The translations under genes were made by a program, and so were the position numbers. 64,000 nt of DNA from Candidatus Latescibacterota bacterium (GTDB lineage: Bacteria > Latescibacterota > UBA2968 > GCA-2709665). Shown here piece by piece: positions 1-10,220 of this stretch; positions within the stretch are counted from its first letter, which is position 1, and each line of letters starts with the position of its first letter. The notes below the pieces were generated by a model, which saw only the letters and a list, made by a program, of their open reading frames with translations, made no database searches and was not told the DNA's origin. The stretch is from NCBI GenBank assembly GCA_965226795.1, contig CBDDDZ010000004.1, forward strand, positions 512,001 through 576,000. Reading direction: 5' to 3'.

Positions 1-2451
1 GTGTTGAAGGCTGCGGTGAACTGTGTGACGCTGCAGGTGGACCTTCAGGGCGAAAGGGGCGCGCGGGTTTATCGTGCGCGGCGGGCGTCCGGGCCTTATG
101 AGGAAGTGGGGGTGGCGTATGAGGAGCGGTATGTGGATGGGGCGGATCTGGAGCCGGGGAGGCGGTATTTCTATTTTGCTGTAGCCTGGAACAGTCCCTA
201 CCTATATCCGGAGACAGGGTGGTGGAAGGAGGGGAAGCCGGTTTCTGTAAATGTTCCACGAGCGCCGAAGGAAACGCGGGCCATGCTGACGCGGAAGCGG
301 CAGGCGTTCAGGGTCAATATGGGCGGAAACCTGGATGAGTCGAATACCGTGACGAAGCAGCCGGAGACGTACTCTTCCGGACCGGGCGGGAGTATGCCGC
401 CCTACGATCAGGCGTTTGAGCCGAACATGTATGTGGTAATCGAAAACCTGGGGGAGACAAATGTGGTGAATCCGTGGGTGGTGGCCAATGGGGAGAAGGA
501 CTGGTGGTCGGTTGAGAACATGTCGCGGGAGATACTGGCGACCGCAGGTTCCGGCGCGTCGGATGGCGAGAAGGCGATGGGCGTGTGGCGATTTGTTGCC
601 GAAGAGCTTTACGACCAGAGGGCGGGTCTGTCGTGGTCGGACGATTTTGGCGATCCGGTGAAGCTGCTCAATGTGTACGGGTTCGACGGCTGTATTGCGA
701 ATGCTGTCGTGAGTTGTCGTTTAGCTGAGGCAGTAGAACTGAAGGCCCGTGAGATCTGGCTGGGCGGAATTGCCTCAATAGATGGCTACGGCCGGGGACG
801 GGCCTGCGCCCATGATATTTTTGAAGCGTATGCGGAAGGGGACTGGCGTTTCCTGGATACGGATCAGATGGTGTATTTCCTGAAGCGGGACAACAGGACG
901 GTGGCGGGGTCGGAGGATCTGTCGCGGGATATCGATCTGATGCGCCGGTCGCACCGAAACCTGGGTCTGGCGGGAAGGGATATGCCGGATAATGAGTACT
1001 ATTTCGAGCCTTTCCGTGAACGGCAGTTTGTGTATCCGCCGAACAGAGGGGGGGTCTGGACGGACAACGCAGGGGTTTTTACGCATGCGCCAGGGGAATA
1101 TCCGCCGCCGCATACGATGGGGCTGCGGCTGCGTCCGGGGGAGAAACTGGTGCGCTACTGGGACAACGTGGGAAAGCAGGTGGTGCGGGGGCCTCGAATG
1201 CATCCGGAGGTACGATATTCCAACGGAAAGCTGGTCTACCGGCCGGACCTGCGCAGTCCGCTCTGTCTGAAAGGGACAACGGAGATGACGAATGTGGCGC
1301 AGGAGGGCTCGGTACGGAGAGCCGCGCTGCATCCGGCAAAGGCGGGGCTGGTGTCGGAGGTGGTGTGGAAGGTGGCGTCGCCCTATGCGATTCCGGGGGC
1401 GCAGGTGGGGATCACCTGCCGGCGGGAGACCCGGGAGGACGGTTTTGAGGTCTTGTTTTCAAAGGATGGGAAGAACTGGCGTTCGGTCTGGATCGCGTGC
1501 GGACAGATGCGCGAGGGCAGACAGGATATTGTGCGCAAGCTGGACGCGTGCATAGAGTTGGACGGGCTCATCAATCCGGCGCTTAACGACTGGCGGGAGG
1601 AGAAGGACCTGGTGTGGCGGATGGGGCCATGCTATTCCTACTACATCAAGGTGGCGATGTGGGCAGGCTCCGGTCCGGAGGCAGTGGGGCTGGACGCGAT
1701 CCGGTTCGACACGGACATCCAATGCGCCACGCGATCCCTGCCCTCGCTGTTTTGCGGTACCAATACAATCGCCTACAGGGACGACAGCCAGGGACGGAGA
1801 AAGGTGCGGGTGACGTATGGCTGGCAGGAGGAACCTGCGATAGGACCTCCCGCGGCGCCGGAGCAGGTGTATCCCGGGGACGGGGCGGATGTGAACCGCC
1901 TGGATTTCGAGTTCCGGTGGAAGCGTCCCGGGGGGGGCAGTGCACGTGTGGACGAATACCACGTGCAGGTGAGCCGGTACGCGGATTTCCGGTGGTGCGT
2001 CTGCCCGACGTTCGACCGCTATGTGGGGAGGACGAAATATTCGGGAAAGACGCGGTGGCAACCGGAGTTTCCGAATCTGTTGAATCCGGATGAGACCTAC
2101 TACTGGCGGGTGCGGGCGAGAAACGCGAAGGGGGTGTGGGGAGACTGGAGTAAGGTGCGGTCATTCGTGCCGCACGGTCCTCGTCTTCCGGTGGGTCTCG
2201 AGGTAGAGGGGCGAGACAAAGGGAGGGCGCTGGCGTGGTCGGCGAATAAGGAGGGAAATCCGCCGATGGCGTATCGGGTTCACGGATCGATGGAGCCGGG
2301 CGGTTTTTCGGCAAGCGAGGAGAATCTGGCGGGCGTCGTGAAAGAGACGTGCTGGCCGCTGGACGGTGCGAGAAAGGGGACGTCGTATCGTGTTGTGGCG
2401 GTTGATGCGCGCGGGGTACCGAGTACGCCGTCGGATTACGTCGAAATATGA
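1..2451 (+). CDS. Large hypothetical protein with transglutaminase-like core and fibronectin type III-like domains (probably 5'-truncated by window edge)
   Basis: 816-aa ORF; candidate Cys-His-Asp triad (GFDGCIA...HDIFE...WRFLDTD); FN3-like C-terminal motifs (YYWRVRARNAKGVWGDWS, YRVVAVDARG). Confidence 0.6.
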   Translation: MLKAAVNCVTLQVDLQGERGARVYRARRASGPYEEVGVAYEERYVDGADLEPGRRYFYFAVAWNSPYLYPETGWWKEGKPVSVNVPRAPKETRAMLTRKRQAFRVNMGGNLDESNTVTKQPETYSSGPGGSMPPYDQAFEPNMYVVIENLGETNVVNPWVVANGEKDWWSVENMSREILATAGSGASDGEKAMGVWRFVAEELYDQRAGLSWSDDFGDPVKLLNVYGFDGCIANAVVSCRLAEAVELKAREIWLGGIASIDGYGRGRACAHDIFEAYAEGDWRFLDTDQMVYFLKRDNRTVAGSEDLSRDIDLMRRSHRNLGLAGRDMPDNEYYFEPFRERQFVYPPNRGGVWTDNAGVFTHAPGEYPPPHTMGLRLRPGEKLVRYWDNVGKQVVRGPRMHPEVRYSNGKLVYRPDLRSPLCLKGTTEMTNVAQEGSVRRAALHPAKAGLVSEVVWKVASPYAIPGAQVGITCRRETREDGFEVLFSKDGKNWRSVWIACGQMREGRQDIVRKLDACIELDGLINPALNDWREEKDLVWRMGPCYSYYIKVAMWAGSGPEAVGLDAIRFDTDIQCATRSLPSLFCGTNTIAYRDDSQGRRKVRVTYGWQEEPAIGPPAAPEQVYPGDGADVNRLDFEFRWKRPGGGSARVDEYHVQVSRYADFRWCVCPTFDRYVGRTKYSGKTRWQPEFPNLLNPDETYYWRVRARNAKGVWGDWSKVRSFVPHGPRLPVGLEVEGRDKGRALAWSANKEGNPPMAYRVHGSMEPGGFSASEENLAGVVKETCWPLDGARKGTSYRVVAVDARGVPSTPSDYVEI

Positions 2452-2483
2452 CCGGGATGGACGATATAGAGAGGACGTAGGAG

Positions 2484-4463
2484 ATGACCGACACCCGGGC
2501 GGAAGGCATTCGAGGTCGAACCCCTGGCGAACGCGGGATGTCAGGTGAGGAAGTGGTGGATGGACTGACGGGTCGGGCATTCCTGATCGGGCTTGCCCTT
2601 TGCCTGTTTCTGGCAGTGGCGATCCCTTACAACCGCATGGTGATCCAGGGCACGTCTCTCCATTTCTATTTTGTAGATCGAGGCGTCTTGTTTGTTTTTC
2701 TGTGTCTGATCCTTCTTGTAAACGTCGTCCTGAAGCCAGAGCACACACTGAAGCGGGGAGAACTCCTGTGCATCTTTTCGATGCTTCTGGTGTCGATGCC
2801 CACCCTGTGGATGGTCAAGTGGCTGATCGCCTTCCTGACCGGCATGACCTACTACGCTTCTCCGGAGCGTCCCGATCTGGAGGCGGTGCTGCCCCATGTT
2901 CTCCCGTGGACGGCCCCCCGGAACGCCTCGGCCGTGCGGGGGTTCTACGAGGGGCTTCCGCAGAACGTTCCCCTGCCCTGGCTGGCATGGCTGGCCCCTC
3001 TGGCGAGTTGGGGTTCTTTTTTCCTGGTATTGTTCGGGGTGCTGATATGCATCGCCGTGATTTTTCGAAGGCAGTGGGCGGAACACGAGCGGTTCGCGTT
3101 TCCGATTCTGCAGGTACCGCTGGAGATGGCGAAAACGGGAAGTGGGCGGTTGGGTCCCCTGTTCAGGAACCGGCTGATGTGGGCGGGATTTTCGATTCCT
3201 TTCCTGATCGGTATGTTCAACGGGCTGAATCACTATTTCCATACGTTGCCCAGAATCCGGATGGGGACGATGCTTCGGATCTTTCAGGGAACGACCTCGT
3301 TGCCCCTCCGGCTGCACTTTGCCATTCTCGGGTATTCATACTTTGTGAATCTGGACGTTAGCCTGAGCATCTGGATGTTCAACGTGATCTCCAAGGTCAT
3401 CCGTGGGATGTTGGCAGTCGTGGGCGCTGAGTATTCGGATGTATCCGGGATGGTGGGTCGGTTCAGTTCCCGGGGCTCGTCGTTTCTGGCATTGACGGGG
3501 ATGGGGTATATGCTGGTGCTGGCCGCCTACAGTGCGTGGACCGCAAGGGGCCACCTGCGAGGGGTTTTCGCCAGGGCGCTGGGAAGGCCGTCAAATGCCG
3601 ACGATTCCGATGAAGTCATCTCCTACCGGGCGGCTGTTCTCGGGGCCCTGGCGGGGTTGGTGTATCTCGGGTGCTGGCTGAATCAGGCCGGAATTTCCGT
3701 CGCTCTGATTTCGTTTCTGTTTTTTTCCTGTATCGTGGTGTTTTTTGTACTGGCCCGGATTGTGAGCGAGACGGGATTCGTAGCCACATATTCGCCGATC
3801 AACCCCGCGGAGTTTGTGGTCTGCGCGACGGGTTCCTCTGCGTTCAGCCCGGCGGGGCTCGTGACGCTCGGGTTCAGCTACGCCTGGACAATGACGCGGG
3901 TCAGCAATGTGATGCCCCGCGCTCTGGGGGCTCTGTGGCTGTCGAGGGAGATGAGGCGCAAACGCGGCATGATCTGGGCGATGGGCGCGGCGATGGCGGT
4001 TGGGCTGATTACGGCAAGCGCGATGACGCTGGACCTGGGCTATGCGCGCGGCGGCCTGAACCTGGACCGGCACTTCCGCGATTATTCGCGCATCCCTTTC
4101 GATGCCTTTGTGGGGACGCGCATGCTGGAGCCGAGTCCCGTATTCACGAAAGGGCTGCTTTATACCGGACTCGGCATAGGGGTTGCGGGTCTGTTAACCC
4201 TGCTGAGAATGCGCCTTAGATGGTGGCCTCTACACCCGGTGGCGCTGCCTTTGAGTACGATCTGGTACACGGATACCTATTTTTTCAGTGTATTCCTGGC
4301 CTGGGGGATGAAGGCGACCGTGTTGAAATTCGGAGGGGCGAGGCTCTACCGTAGAACCCGGCCGTTTTTCATGGGGATTATTCTGGGAGAGGCGACAGGT
4401 GCGGGTGTGTGGGCCATCGTGGACTATTTCACTGGAACCATTGCGAACAGGGTTTTCGTATAA
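2484..4463 (+). CDS. Polytopic membrane protein, DUF6785/DUF6784-like putative transporter
   Basis: 659 aa with many hydrophobic helices; family-like motifs RRQWAEHERFAFP, WWPLHPVA, YRRTRPFFMGIILGE; GGAG RBS before ATG. Confidence 0.7.
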   Translation: MTDTRAEGIRGRTPGERGMSGEEVVDGLTGRAFLIGLALCLFLAVAIPYNRMVIQGTSLHFYFVDRGVLFVFLCLILLVNVVLKPEHTLKRGELLCIFSMLLVSMPTLWMVKWLIAFLTGMTYYASPERPDLEAVLPHVLPWTAPRNASAVRGFYEGLPQNVPLPWLAWLAPLASWGSFFLVLFGVLICIAVIFRRQWAEHERFAFPILQVPLEMAKTGSGRLGPLFRNRLMWAGFSIPFLIGMFNGLNHYFHTLPRIRMGTMLRIFQGTTSLPLRLHFAILGYSYFVNLDVSLSIWMFNVISKVIRGMLAVVGAEYSDVSGMVGRFSSRGSSFLALTGMGYMLVLAAYSAWTARGHLRGVFARALGRPSNADDSDEVISYRAAVLGALAGLVYLGCWLNQAGISVALISFLFFSCIVVFFVLARIVSETGFVATYSPINPAEFVVCATGSSAFSPAGLVTLGFSYAWTMTRVSNVMPRALGALWLSREMRRKRGMIWAMGAAMAVGLITASAMTLDLGYARGGLNLDRHFRDYSRIPFDAFVGTRMLEPSPVFTKGLLYTGLGIGVAGLLTLLRMRLRWWPLHPVALPLSTIWYTDTYFFSVFLAWGMKATVLKFGGARLYRRTRPFFMGIILGEATGAGVWAIVDYFTGTIANRVFV

Positions 4464-4490
4464 ACGACGATCACATAAACGGGAGATGGG

Positions 4491-6038
4491 ATGGATATTT
4501 TCGACATGAACTGTATGCTGGGGCCGACACGTACAGACCGCGAGCCGTGCTTTCGGACACCCGAGGCGCTGCTGGCCGAGATGGATCGACTGGGCATCTC
4601 GGAAGCCCTGGTCTACGCGAGCCACGCGGCCATGGGACATCCGGCGGACGCGAACGCATGGGTGGTGGAGGCCACGCGTTCCCATCCGCGCCTGCACCCG
4701 TGCTGGGCGGTGTTGCCACCGGGAACGGGGGAACTGCCGGAGCCGGAAAAACTGGTGGCGCAGATGCGCACCCAGGGGGTGCGGGCGGCCAGGATATTTC
4801 CGGGAGTACACGGTTTTCCGTTGCTGGAACGAATTCTTCGGCCCCTGTTGAAAGCGCTCTCCGAGGCGGGATTTCCTTTGCTTCTGGACGAGGGACGCAC
4901 GAGCTGGAGCCAGCTCACAGACTGGCGATCGGTCTTTGAAATCTCAGAGGCGCACGCCGCGCTGCCGCTCGTGCTGATACGGGAAGGCGGCACTACCGCG
5001 AGGGCGCTGTTCGGGGTTTGGGACGCGTTTCCCAACCTCTATATCGAGACGTCCTACATCCAGGAGTCTCGGATCGTGGAGGAGATTTCAGGGCGTTTCG
5101 GACACCGGCGATTGTTGTTCGGAACGGGGATGCCCGCCTGGGACCCGGGAGGGCCGCTGGGCCTTCTGGAAGGCGCGCGGATTTCCCGGAATCAGTGTGC
5201 GGATATTGGAGGGAACAGCCTCAGACGCCTGCTGGGTCTGCCCGAGCGCGAGGCTGGCGCGGCGCCGGTCTGGCCCTGCGGTGCGGACGGTTTCCGCGTG
5301 TTTGACGTTCACGGGCATCTGGGCAGGTTTCATTCGAAGTACCACCTGGACTGGTCGGCCGAACAGATGGTGTCGCGCATGGACGAAGTGGGAGTGGAGC
5401 GGTTTGCGGTCAGCCATTTTCTGGCCATCGGAGCCGACTACCGGACAGGCAACGACCGGATCGGGGCAGGCGTGGCGGCCTTTCCGGATAGGCTCGCGGG
5501 ATACGTGGTCTACAATCCGAACTACGAATCGGAGATGGCCGATGAAATGGCGCGCGGGTTCGACGAACTCGGCTGCAGTGGTATCAAGCTCCACTGCGGG
5601 CTTCACGACACGTCAACCGAGGACCCACGCTACCGTTTGGCGTTTCAGACGGCGCACGAGCGGAACTGTCCCATGCTTTGCCATGTCAGCTACGGACCGT
5701 CTCCCGCTTTTTTAATGGATACGCTCGCGGCGTTCCCCGACGCGAAATTCATCTATGCCCACCTCGGCGGAGGAAGCCGCGAAGGACTGAAGCCCTTTCT
5801 CGATGTAGCCCACGCACGGCCGAATCTGTTTTTCGATCTGGGTTTCTCGAAAATGGCGCGTGGCACGCTCGCCTGGCTGGTCGAGCAGGCGCCGCCAACG
5901 CAGATCCTGTACGGCTCGGACCACCCCGTAAACGGGTTTCCGTACCAACTCGGACGGGTGCTGTATGCGGACATTCCGGATGCGTTGAAGCGCGTAATTC
6001 TATGGGACAATGCGGCCAGAATATTCGGCGTGCAATAA
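4491..6038 (+). CDS. Tandem two-domain amidohydrolase (amidohydro_2-like)
   Basis: Two TIM-barrel-like halves; C-terminal half has DVHGH, GIKLH, YAHLGG, YGSDHP; N-terminal half has DMNCMLG and LLFGTGMP. Confidence 0.8.
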   Translation: MDIFDMNCMLGPTRTDREPCFRTPEALLAEMDRLGISEALVYASHAAMGHPADANAWVVEATRSHPRLHPCWAVLPPGTGELPEPEKLVAQMRTQGVRAARIFPGVHGFPLLERILRPLLKALSEAGFPLLLDEGRTSWSQLTDWRSVFEISEAHAALPLVLIREGGTTARALFGVWDAFPNLYIETSYIQESRIVEEISGRFGHRRLLFGTGMPAWDPGGPLGLLEGARISRNQCADIGGNSLRRLLGLPEREAGAAPVWPCGADGFRVFDVHGHLGRFHSKYHLDWSAEQMVSRMDEVGVERFAVSHFLAIGADYRTGNDRIGAGVAAFPDRLAGYVVYNPNYESEMADEMARGFDELGCSGIKLHCGLHDTSTEDPRYRLAFQTAHERNCPMLCHVSYGPSPAFLMDTLAAFPDAKFIYAHLGGGSREGLKPFLDVAHARPNLFFDLGFSKMARGTLAWLVEQAPPTQILYGSDHPVNGFPYQLGRVLYADIPDALKRVILWDNAARIFGVQ

Positions 6039-6070
6039 TGGATTCTCATCAAACGCGGAGGTCTTCATTC

Positions 6071-7783
6071 ATGCAAATCGGCATTCTGACGCACCCGCCC
6101 GATCTTTCGGACTATACCGCGGAGATTTTCAATACCTGGGGGCTTGTCGCCCATGAACGGGTTCGGGCCGGCCAGGTGGACGCACTGGATCCGGAATCGA
6201 CTCCGGTGCTGGTCTGTCCGGCAGCAGAAGGTGACGGAGACGTCCACGAGCGCTTGATCGATTTCGCCAGGCGCGGCGGCACGGTGATGACGTTCCTGCC
6301 CAGGGATGCGCTAGCCGACGCCGCGGGACTGGTCTACGTAGGGACCAAGGCCGCGCCCCTTCGCCTGCGTCCCGTGCGTTATCCGGCGGCGGGCGTTTCA
6401 GGTGAGGACTTCCCGGTCGTCGGGGAGGCAGGTCATTACGATGCGCGACCCGGTGCGGGATCGGGTTTGGCCTATCTGTACCACCCGGACGGATTTGAGG
6501 GAGAGTCAGTCGGGGTAATCGAAACGCCAACCGGAAAGGGTCGTATCGTCGCCTTCGCTTTCGACCTGCCCAGGTGCGTGTTCACCCTGCGGCAGGGCGA
6601 TCCGGATCAGGTCGAGCGGGCGGTGGAAGGCAATGTCCGGGCGGATTCCATAGGAATCGACCTGGGTCCGGCGGACAGCGGCCTGATGCCATTTGCCGAT
6701 CTGCTGGCGCGTTGGCTGGTGGAACTGGTCTGCCGGTTTGTTCCGGCGCCCGTGCCCCTGCTGTGGCATCTGCCGGGAGAGGCGGCCGCCCTTGTGCTTT
6801 ACTCCGGCGACGAGGATGGCGCGGAGATTTCGGCGGTGGAGCAGGAATTCCGGGAAGTAGCGGCGTCTGGGGCGCGCATGAGCCTCTATATCATTCCTAT
6901 CGGTACGGATTCGACGGCCGCGGACGTGCAGCGGTATCGTCAGAACCACGACGTGGGACCGCATCCGAACCTCCGGTCCCTGGACGGACGGCCGATACCG
7001 GAGCGCGTCGCGGAATTCGAGCGACAGATTCTGCTCTTCGAAAAAATGTACGGGTTCAAGCCCACGAGCGTCCGCAACCACTGCCTGTCCTGGGCGGGAT
7101 ACCTCGAACTGGTGGAAGCGGAGGCGCGGCTGGGTATCCGGATGGATGCGAACTATCTGTGCTCCGCGTATATGCGGGACCGGTGCAGTGGTCCGTACCA
7201 TCTCAGGGGTGCGGCTATGCCGATGCGATTCTGCCACCCGGACGGCCGCCTGGTCGACGTGCTCCAGCAGCACACCCACCTGTCCGACGACGTCTGGTTC
7301 CAGGAGAGCGCACCTAAATCCTTCCATTATTCGCCGGAGATGTATGGCGTTCTTGTGGACCGCATCCTTGACGACAGCGCCACGCGATTCCACGTGCCAT
7401 ACGGCGTGATCCTGCACCCGGGAAACTGGGTGAGATATTCGAGGGAGCACGGGCTGGTTCTGCTGAAGAAGGCCGCGGAACGGAACGTTCCCGTCTGGTC
7501 CTACGATCAGTGGTGCGACTTCTGGTTTCTTCGGGACCGTTGGCGTGTGGAAAGTCTGTCCTGGCGAGACGGCACGCTGAGATTCACTGCCACGGGCGCG
7601 CCTGACGACGGAAATCTTCGCTGGCTGATTCCCGAGAAGTTCGGTGATCGGGGGCTGAGCGCATTGTCGATGGACGGCCAGCCCGCGCCGTACAATATCG
7701 TCTCCCGGTATGGCCGGAGCGTGGCGCTGGTGCCATTGGGCAGTGGCAGGGCGACGTGCGAGATAGAGGCTGTTTACTGCTGA
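6071..7783 (+). CDS. Polysaccharide deacetylase-like protein
   Basis: ATG 6071 follows GGAGG; NodB-like motifs SGDEDG, GPHP, SVRNHCL, ILHPGNW. Confidence 0.55.
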   Translation: MQIGILTHPPDLSDYTAEIFNTWGLVAHERVRAGQVDALDPESTPVLVCPAAEGDGDVHERLIDFARRGGTVMTFLPRDALADAAGLVYVGTKAAPLRLRPVRYPAAGVSGEDFPVVGEAGHYDARPGAGSGLAYLYHPDGFEGESVGVIETPTGKGRIVAFAFDLPRCVFTLRQGDPDQVERAVEGNVRADSIGIDLGPADSGLMPFADLLARWLVELVCRFVPAPVPLLWHLPGEAAALVLYSGDEDGAEISAVEQEFREVAASGARMSLYIIPIGTDSTAADVQRYRQNHDVGPHPNLRSLDGRPIPERVAEFERQILLFEKMYGFKPTSVRNHCLSWAGYLELVEAEARLGIRMDANYLCSAYMRDRCSGPYHLRGAAMPMRFCHPDGRLVDVLQQHTHLSDDVWFQESAPKSFHYSPEMYGVLVDRILDDSATRFHVPYGVILHPGNWVRYSREHGLVLLKKAAERNVPVWSYDQWCDFWFLRDRWRVESLSWRDGTLRFTATGAPDDGNLRWLIPEKFGDRGLSALSMDGQPAPYNIVSRYGRSVALVPLGSGRATCEIEAVYC

Positions 7784-7867
7784 AGGCGCGGGAAGCGCCG
7801 TTTGGAAGCGCAACGGACAGAGAGGCTCGACCGATTCGCAACAACCGAATGATGAAGGAGGCGGCGC

Positions 7868-8512
7868 ATGCAGAAACTGGTCTTCCTGGGCATCGGATCC
7901 AACAACTCGGATATTCTGGACGCCGTCGTGGAAACCAATGCCTTGAAGCCGACCTACGATGTGCTGGGGTACGTGACCCGAGACGGCAAGCCAACAAAAA
8001 GGGGCGGGCTGAAACACCTGGGCGACTTTGACGCGGTTCGTTCGCTACCGGAGGATGTGCAGATAACCGGCTTTACTTTCGGTCCGGGGAGTTATCGAAC
8101 CTGGCCGGATACGGTGGCCGGGCTGGGCCTGCCGCGGGAGCGATTCGCCACAATCGTCCATCCCCGCGCGTTTGTTTCCGCGCAAAGCACGGTAGGACGG
8201 GGGTCGGTTGTTCTGGCGGGCACGACGGTAGGCGCATTCGTGACCATCGGCGACCACGTGATTGTCCTGCAGAACGTGGGACTGTCCCACGACGACGTGA
8301 TCGAGGATTACTCATGCCTTGCGGTGGGGGTGAGCTTTTCGGGAAGCGTACGGGTGGGACGGAACTGTTTTCTGGGTACGAACTCGACAATCATCGGCGC
8401 CGCAATCGGCGAGGGAAGCATGGTGGGCGCCGGCGCGCTGATCCGGCACGACGTGCCCGCTGGGGAGGTCTGGGTGGGAAATCCTGGGAGGTATTTGCGG
8501 AAGGTACGATAG
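7868..8512 (+). CDS. Hexapeptide-repeat sugar O/N-acetyltransferase (NeuD/PglD-like)
   Basis: ATIVHPRA, SHDDVIED, left-handed beta-helix repeats, C-terminal VWVGNPGR; AAGGAGG RBS. Confidence 0.85.
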   Translation: MQKLVFLGIGSNNSDILDAVVETNALKPTYDVLGYVTRDGKPTKRGGLKHLGDFDAVRSLPEDVQITGFTFGPGSYRTWPDTVAGLGLPRERFATIVHPRAFVSAQSTVGRGSVVLAGTTVGAFVTIGDHVIVLQNVGLSHDDVIEDYSCLAVGVSFSGSVRVGRNCFLGTNSTIIGAAIGEGSMVGAGALIRHDVPAGEVWVGNPGRYLRKVR

Positions 8513-8542
8513 TGCTTACAAGAACACCTGGGTTTCACTTGC

Positions 8543-9301
8543 CTATATTTCTCTCAGCTCAGGCCATTTTATTTTCTTTTTGAATGTCGGATCGTGCAGC
8601 ATCAAACCTCCTTGTATAGCAATCTGCTCTAGGGTTAAGCCAGTTAAGATGGGTGCAATGTGCTGAATAAGATCTCCATGCATGAGTTCGAGATTCTGTT
8701 TTGCGTGTCGATCTATTGAAACCCTTGAGGAGATCCAGGTCTCTCCGTGAATCTGTTGGAGTTTCTCGGCGGTTCCCGGTGTCAGACTGAATCTTTGCTG
8801 GTTTTCGCAAATTTCACGCTGAATGACAATCCAAGGTTTTTCAGTCCGCCATCGAGGAGGCTCTCGCGACTCAAATAAGCGAATCGCCCGTTCTGCAAGG
8901 GCCTTATACTCTCTAACCTCTTGTCCCCGCAAGCCGTAAGAGATACCAAATTTGACGGCGATATCTTGCCTGGAATCGGTGAAGGGTTCCTGCTTCTCTC
9001 GAAAGTGACGTTCAATATCGTGTTCCTTTTGATGAAGGAAGTCACGAATGGGCTCTTTGTCGAGACCTTCCTTGCCAACGACATCGACAAAGCTTAGGAC
9101 AGCATTGCTTCCCGGCACTAAATCCACAGATTCGGCGATGAGTTTTCCTGGATTTTGATTGGCGATTTGGTCAACGATACTATTATCATCTTTCAAATTT
9201 TCGGGAAGGTCATGCTCTTCATGCTGGTGAAGGAAAACATTGACACCAACCTTGGCCCTCTCCCCCTTTATCCGTCGAACCCGGTGAGCGGAGAGATACA
9301 T
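8543..9301 (-). CDS. Hypothetical protein (third gene of AT-richer cassette)
   Basis: 252-aa ORF; ATG overlaps the upstream TGA by 1 nt; no recognisable motif. Confidence 0.7.
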   Translation of the reverse strand: MYLSAHRVRRIKGERAKVGVNVFLHQHEEHDLPENLKDDNSIVDQIANQNPGKLIAESVDLVPGSNAVLSFVDVVGKEGLDKEPIRDFLHQKEHDIERHFREKQEPFTDSRQDIAVKFGISYGLRGQEVREYKALAERAIRLFESREPPRWRTEKPWIVIQREICENQQRFSLTPGTAEKLQQIHGETWISSRVSIDRHAKQNLELMHGDLIQHIAPILTGLTLEQIAIQGGLMLHDPTFKKKIKWPELREI

Positions 9302-9711
9302 CAGGCCACCTCCCGAAGTGTACCAACCGTAGTGCTGGAATTTCCAACTCTCCAGATGTCTTTATCGGTCCAATCGCGATGTGGCAATAGAAACAAGGAT
9401 ATTCGATCTAAAAGCTCACGGAGTTCGTCTGCGATCTCTGGATGTGGATCCTGACCGAGTGCTTTGGTTACGATCTCCCTGGCCTTTTGGGGCTGGTTGC
9501 AGTCTAAAGCCAGCGTCCCAGCGCTACGGTGCAATACCGAGTAAGTTGGTTCGGTTCGCCCTTCTGCTTCTAATCTGGAGATCGCCTCAAGTTCATTTTC
9601 CAATGCCGTCTCAGACAATCCTATCGAATCTTCCGTATGGCCTTGTATTCGTGCCATAAGGGCGCGCTCCGCAAATTCCATGGCCTTATTGTGAGAATCG
9701 CCAACACTCAT
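9301..9711 (-). CDS. Small helical/TPR-like hypothetical protein
   Basis: 136 aa; HNKAMEFAE...EPTYSVLHRSAGTLALDC...PEIADELRELL; ATGA overlap with the upstream gene. Confidence 0.75.
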   Translation of the reverse strand: MSVGDSHNKAMEFAERALMARIQGHTEDSIGLSETALENELEAISRLEAEGRTEPTYSVLHRSAGTLALDCNQPQKAREIVTKALGQDPHPEIADELRELLDRISLFLLPHRDWTDKDIWRVGNSSTTVGTLREVA

Positions 9712-10220
9712 CTTTCCTGAACCTCAGCAAGAGGACATCCGAACTCAACGACGATGACATAGGTTGGGAGTGACCCGTCAGATCGATCGGTTTGATTTAA
9801 CTTCTGCCGTATTCTTGCCTTCACTTCCTGGTCGTTTCCATTACGAATGCCGGATATTTCCAATCTCGCCTTGTTCTGAAACGGAATAGACTTCTCTCCC
9901 ATCCAATAATCAAAGCCAGTGCCTCTTCGAGAACGTTCGATCACTGTATAGCCGATCTCCTTCTGCGCCAGCAGAACCGCAATACCGACCGCACCGTGTT
10001 CAGTGGCTACTTCCTGGTCATTCCAACACCTGCGGGTTTGCTCAGTAACGTTCGGCCATGCCAGGGGATGGCTTTTGTTACTATATCCTCGGATGCGAAG
10101 TTTGACGCCCTGAGCGTGATTCTGTGATTCCAGGCATACGCCCGCCGCCTCTGCCAGTGCCATTCCGAAATTCGGTGTGATAGCCGGAAGGCCATGACCA
10201 AGATCGTTCAAATCCAACAT
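9708..10220 (-). CDS. Hypothetical protein with PD-(D/E)xK nuclease-like motif pattern
   Basis: 170 aa; ATEHGA...GTGFDYW...ARLEISG spacing resembles the E...D...ExK core of the restriction-endonuclease-like fold (ExS variant). Confidence 0.6.
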   Translation of the reverse strand: MLDLNDLGHGLPAITPNFGMALAEAAGVCLESQNHAQGVKLRIRGYSNKSHPLAWPNVTEQTRRCWNDQEVATEHGAVGIAVLLAQKEIGYTVIERSRRGTGFDYWMGEKSIPFQNKARLEISGIRNGNDQEVKARIRQKLNQTDRSDGSLPTYVIVVEFGCPLAEVQER

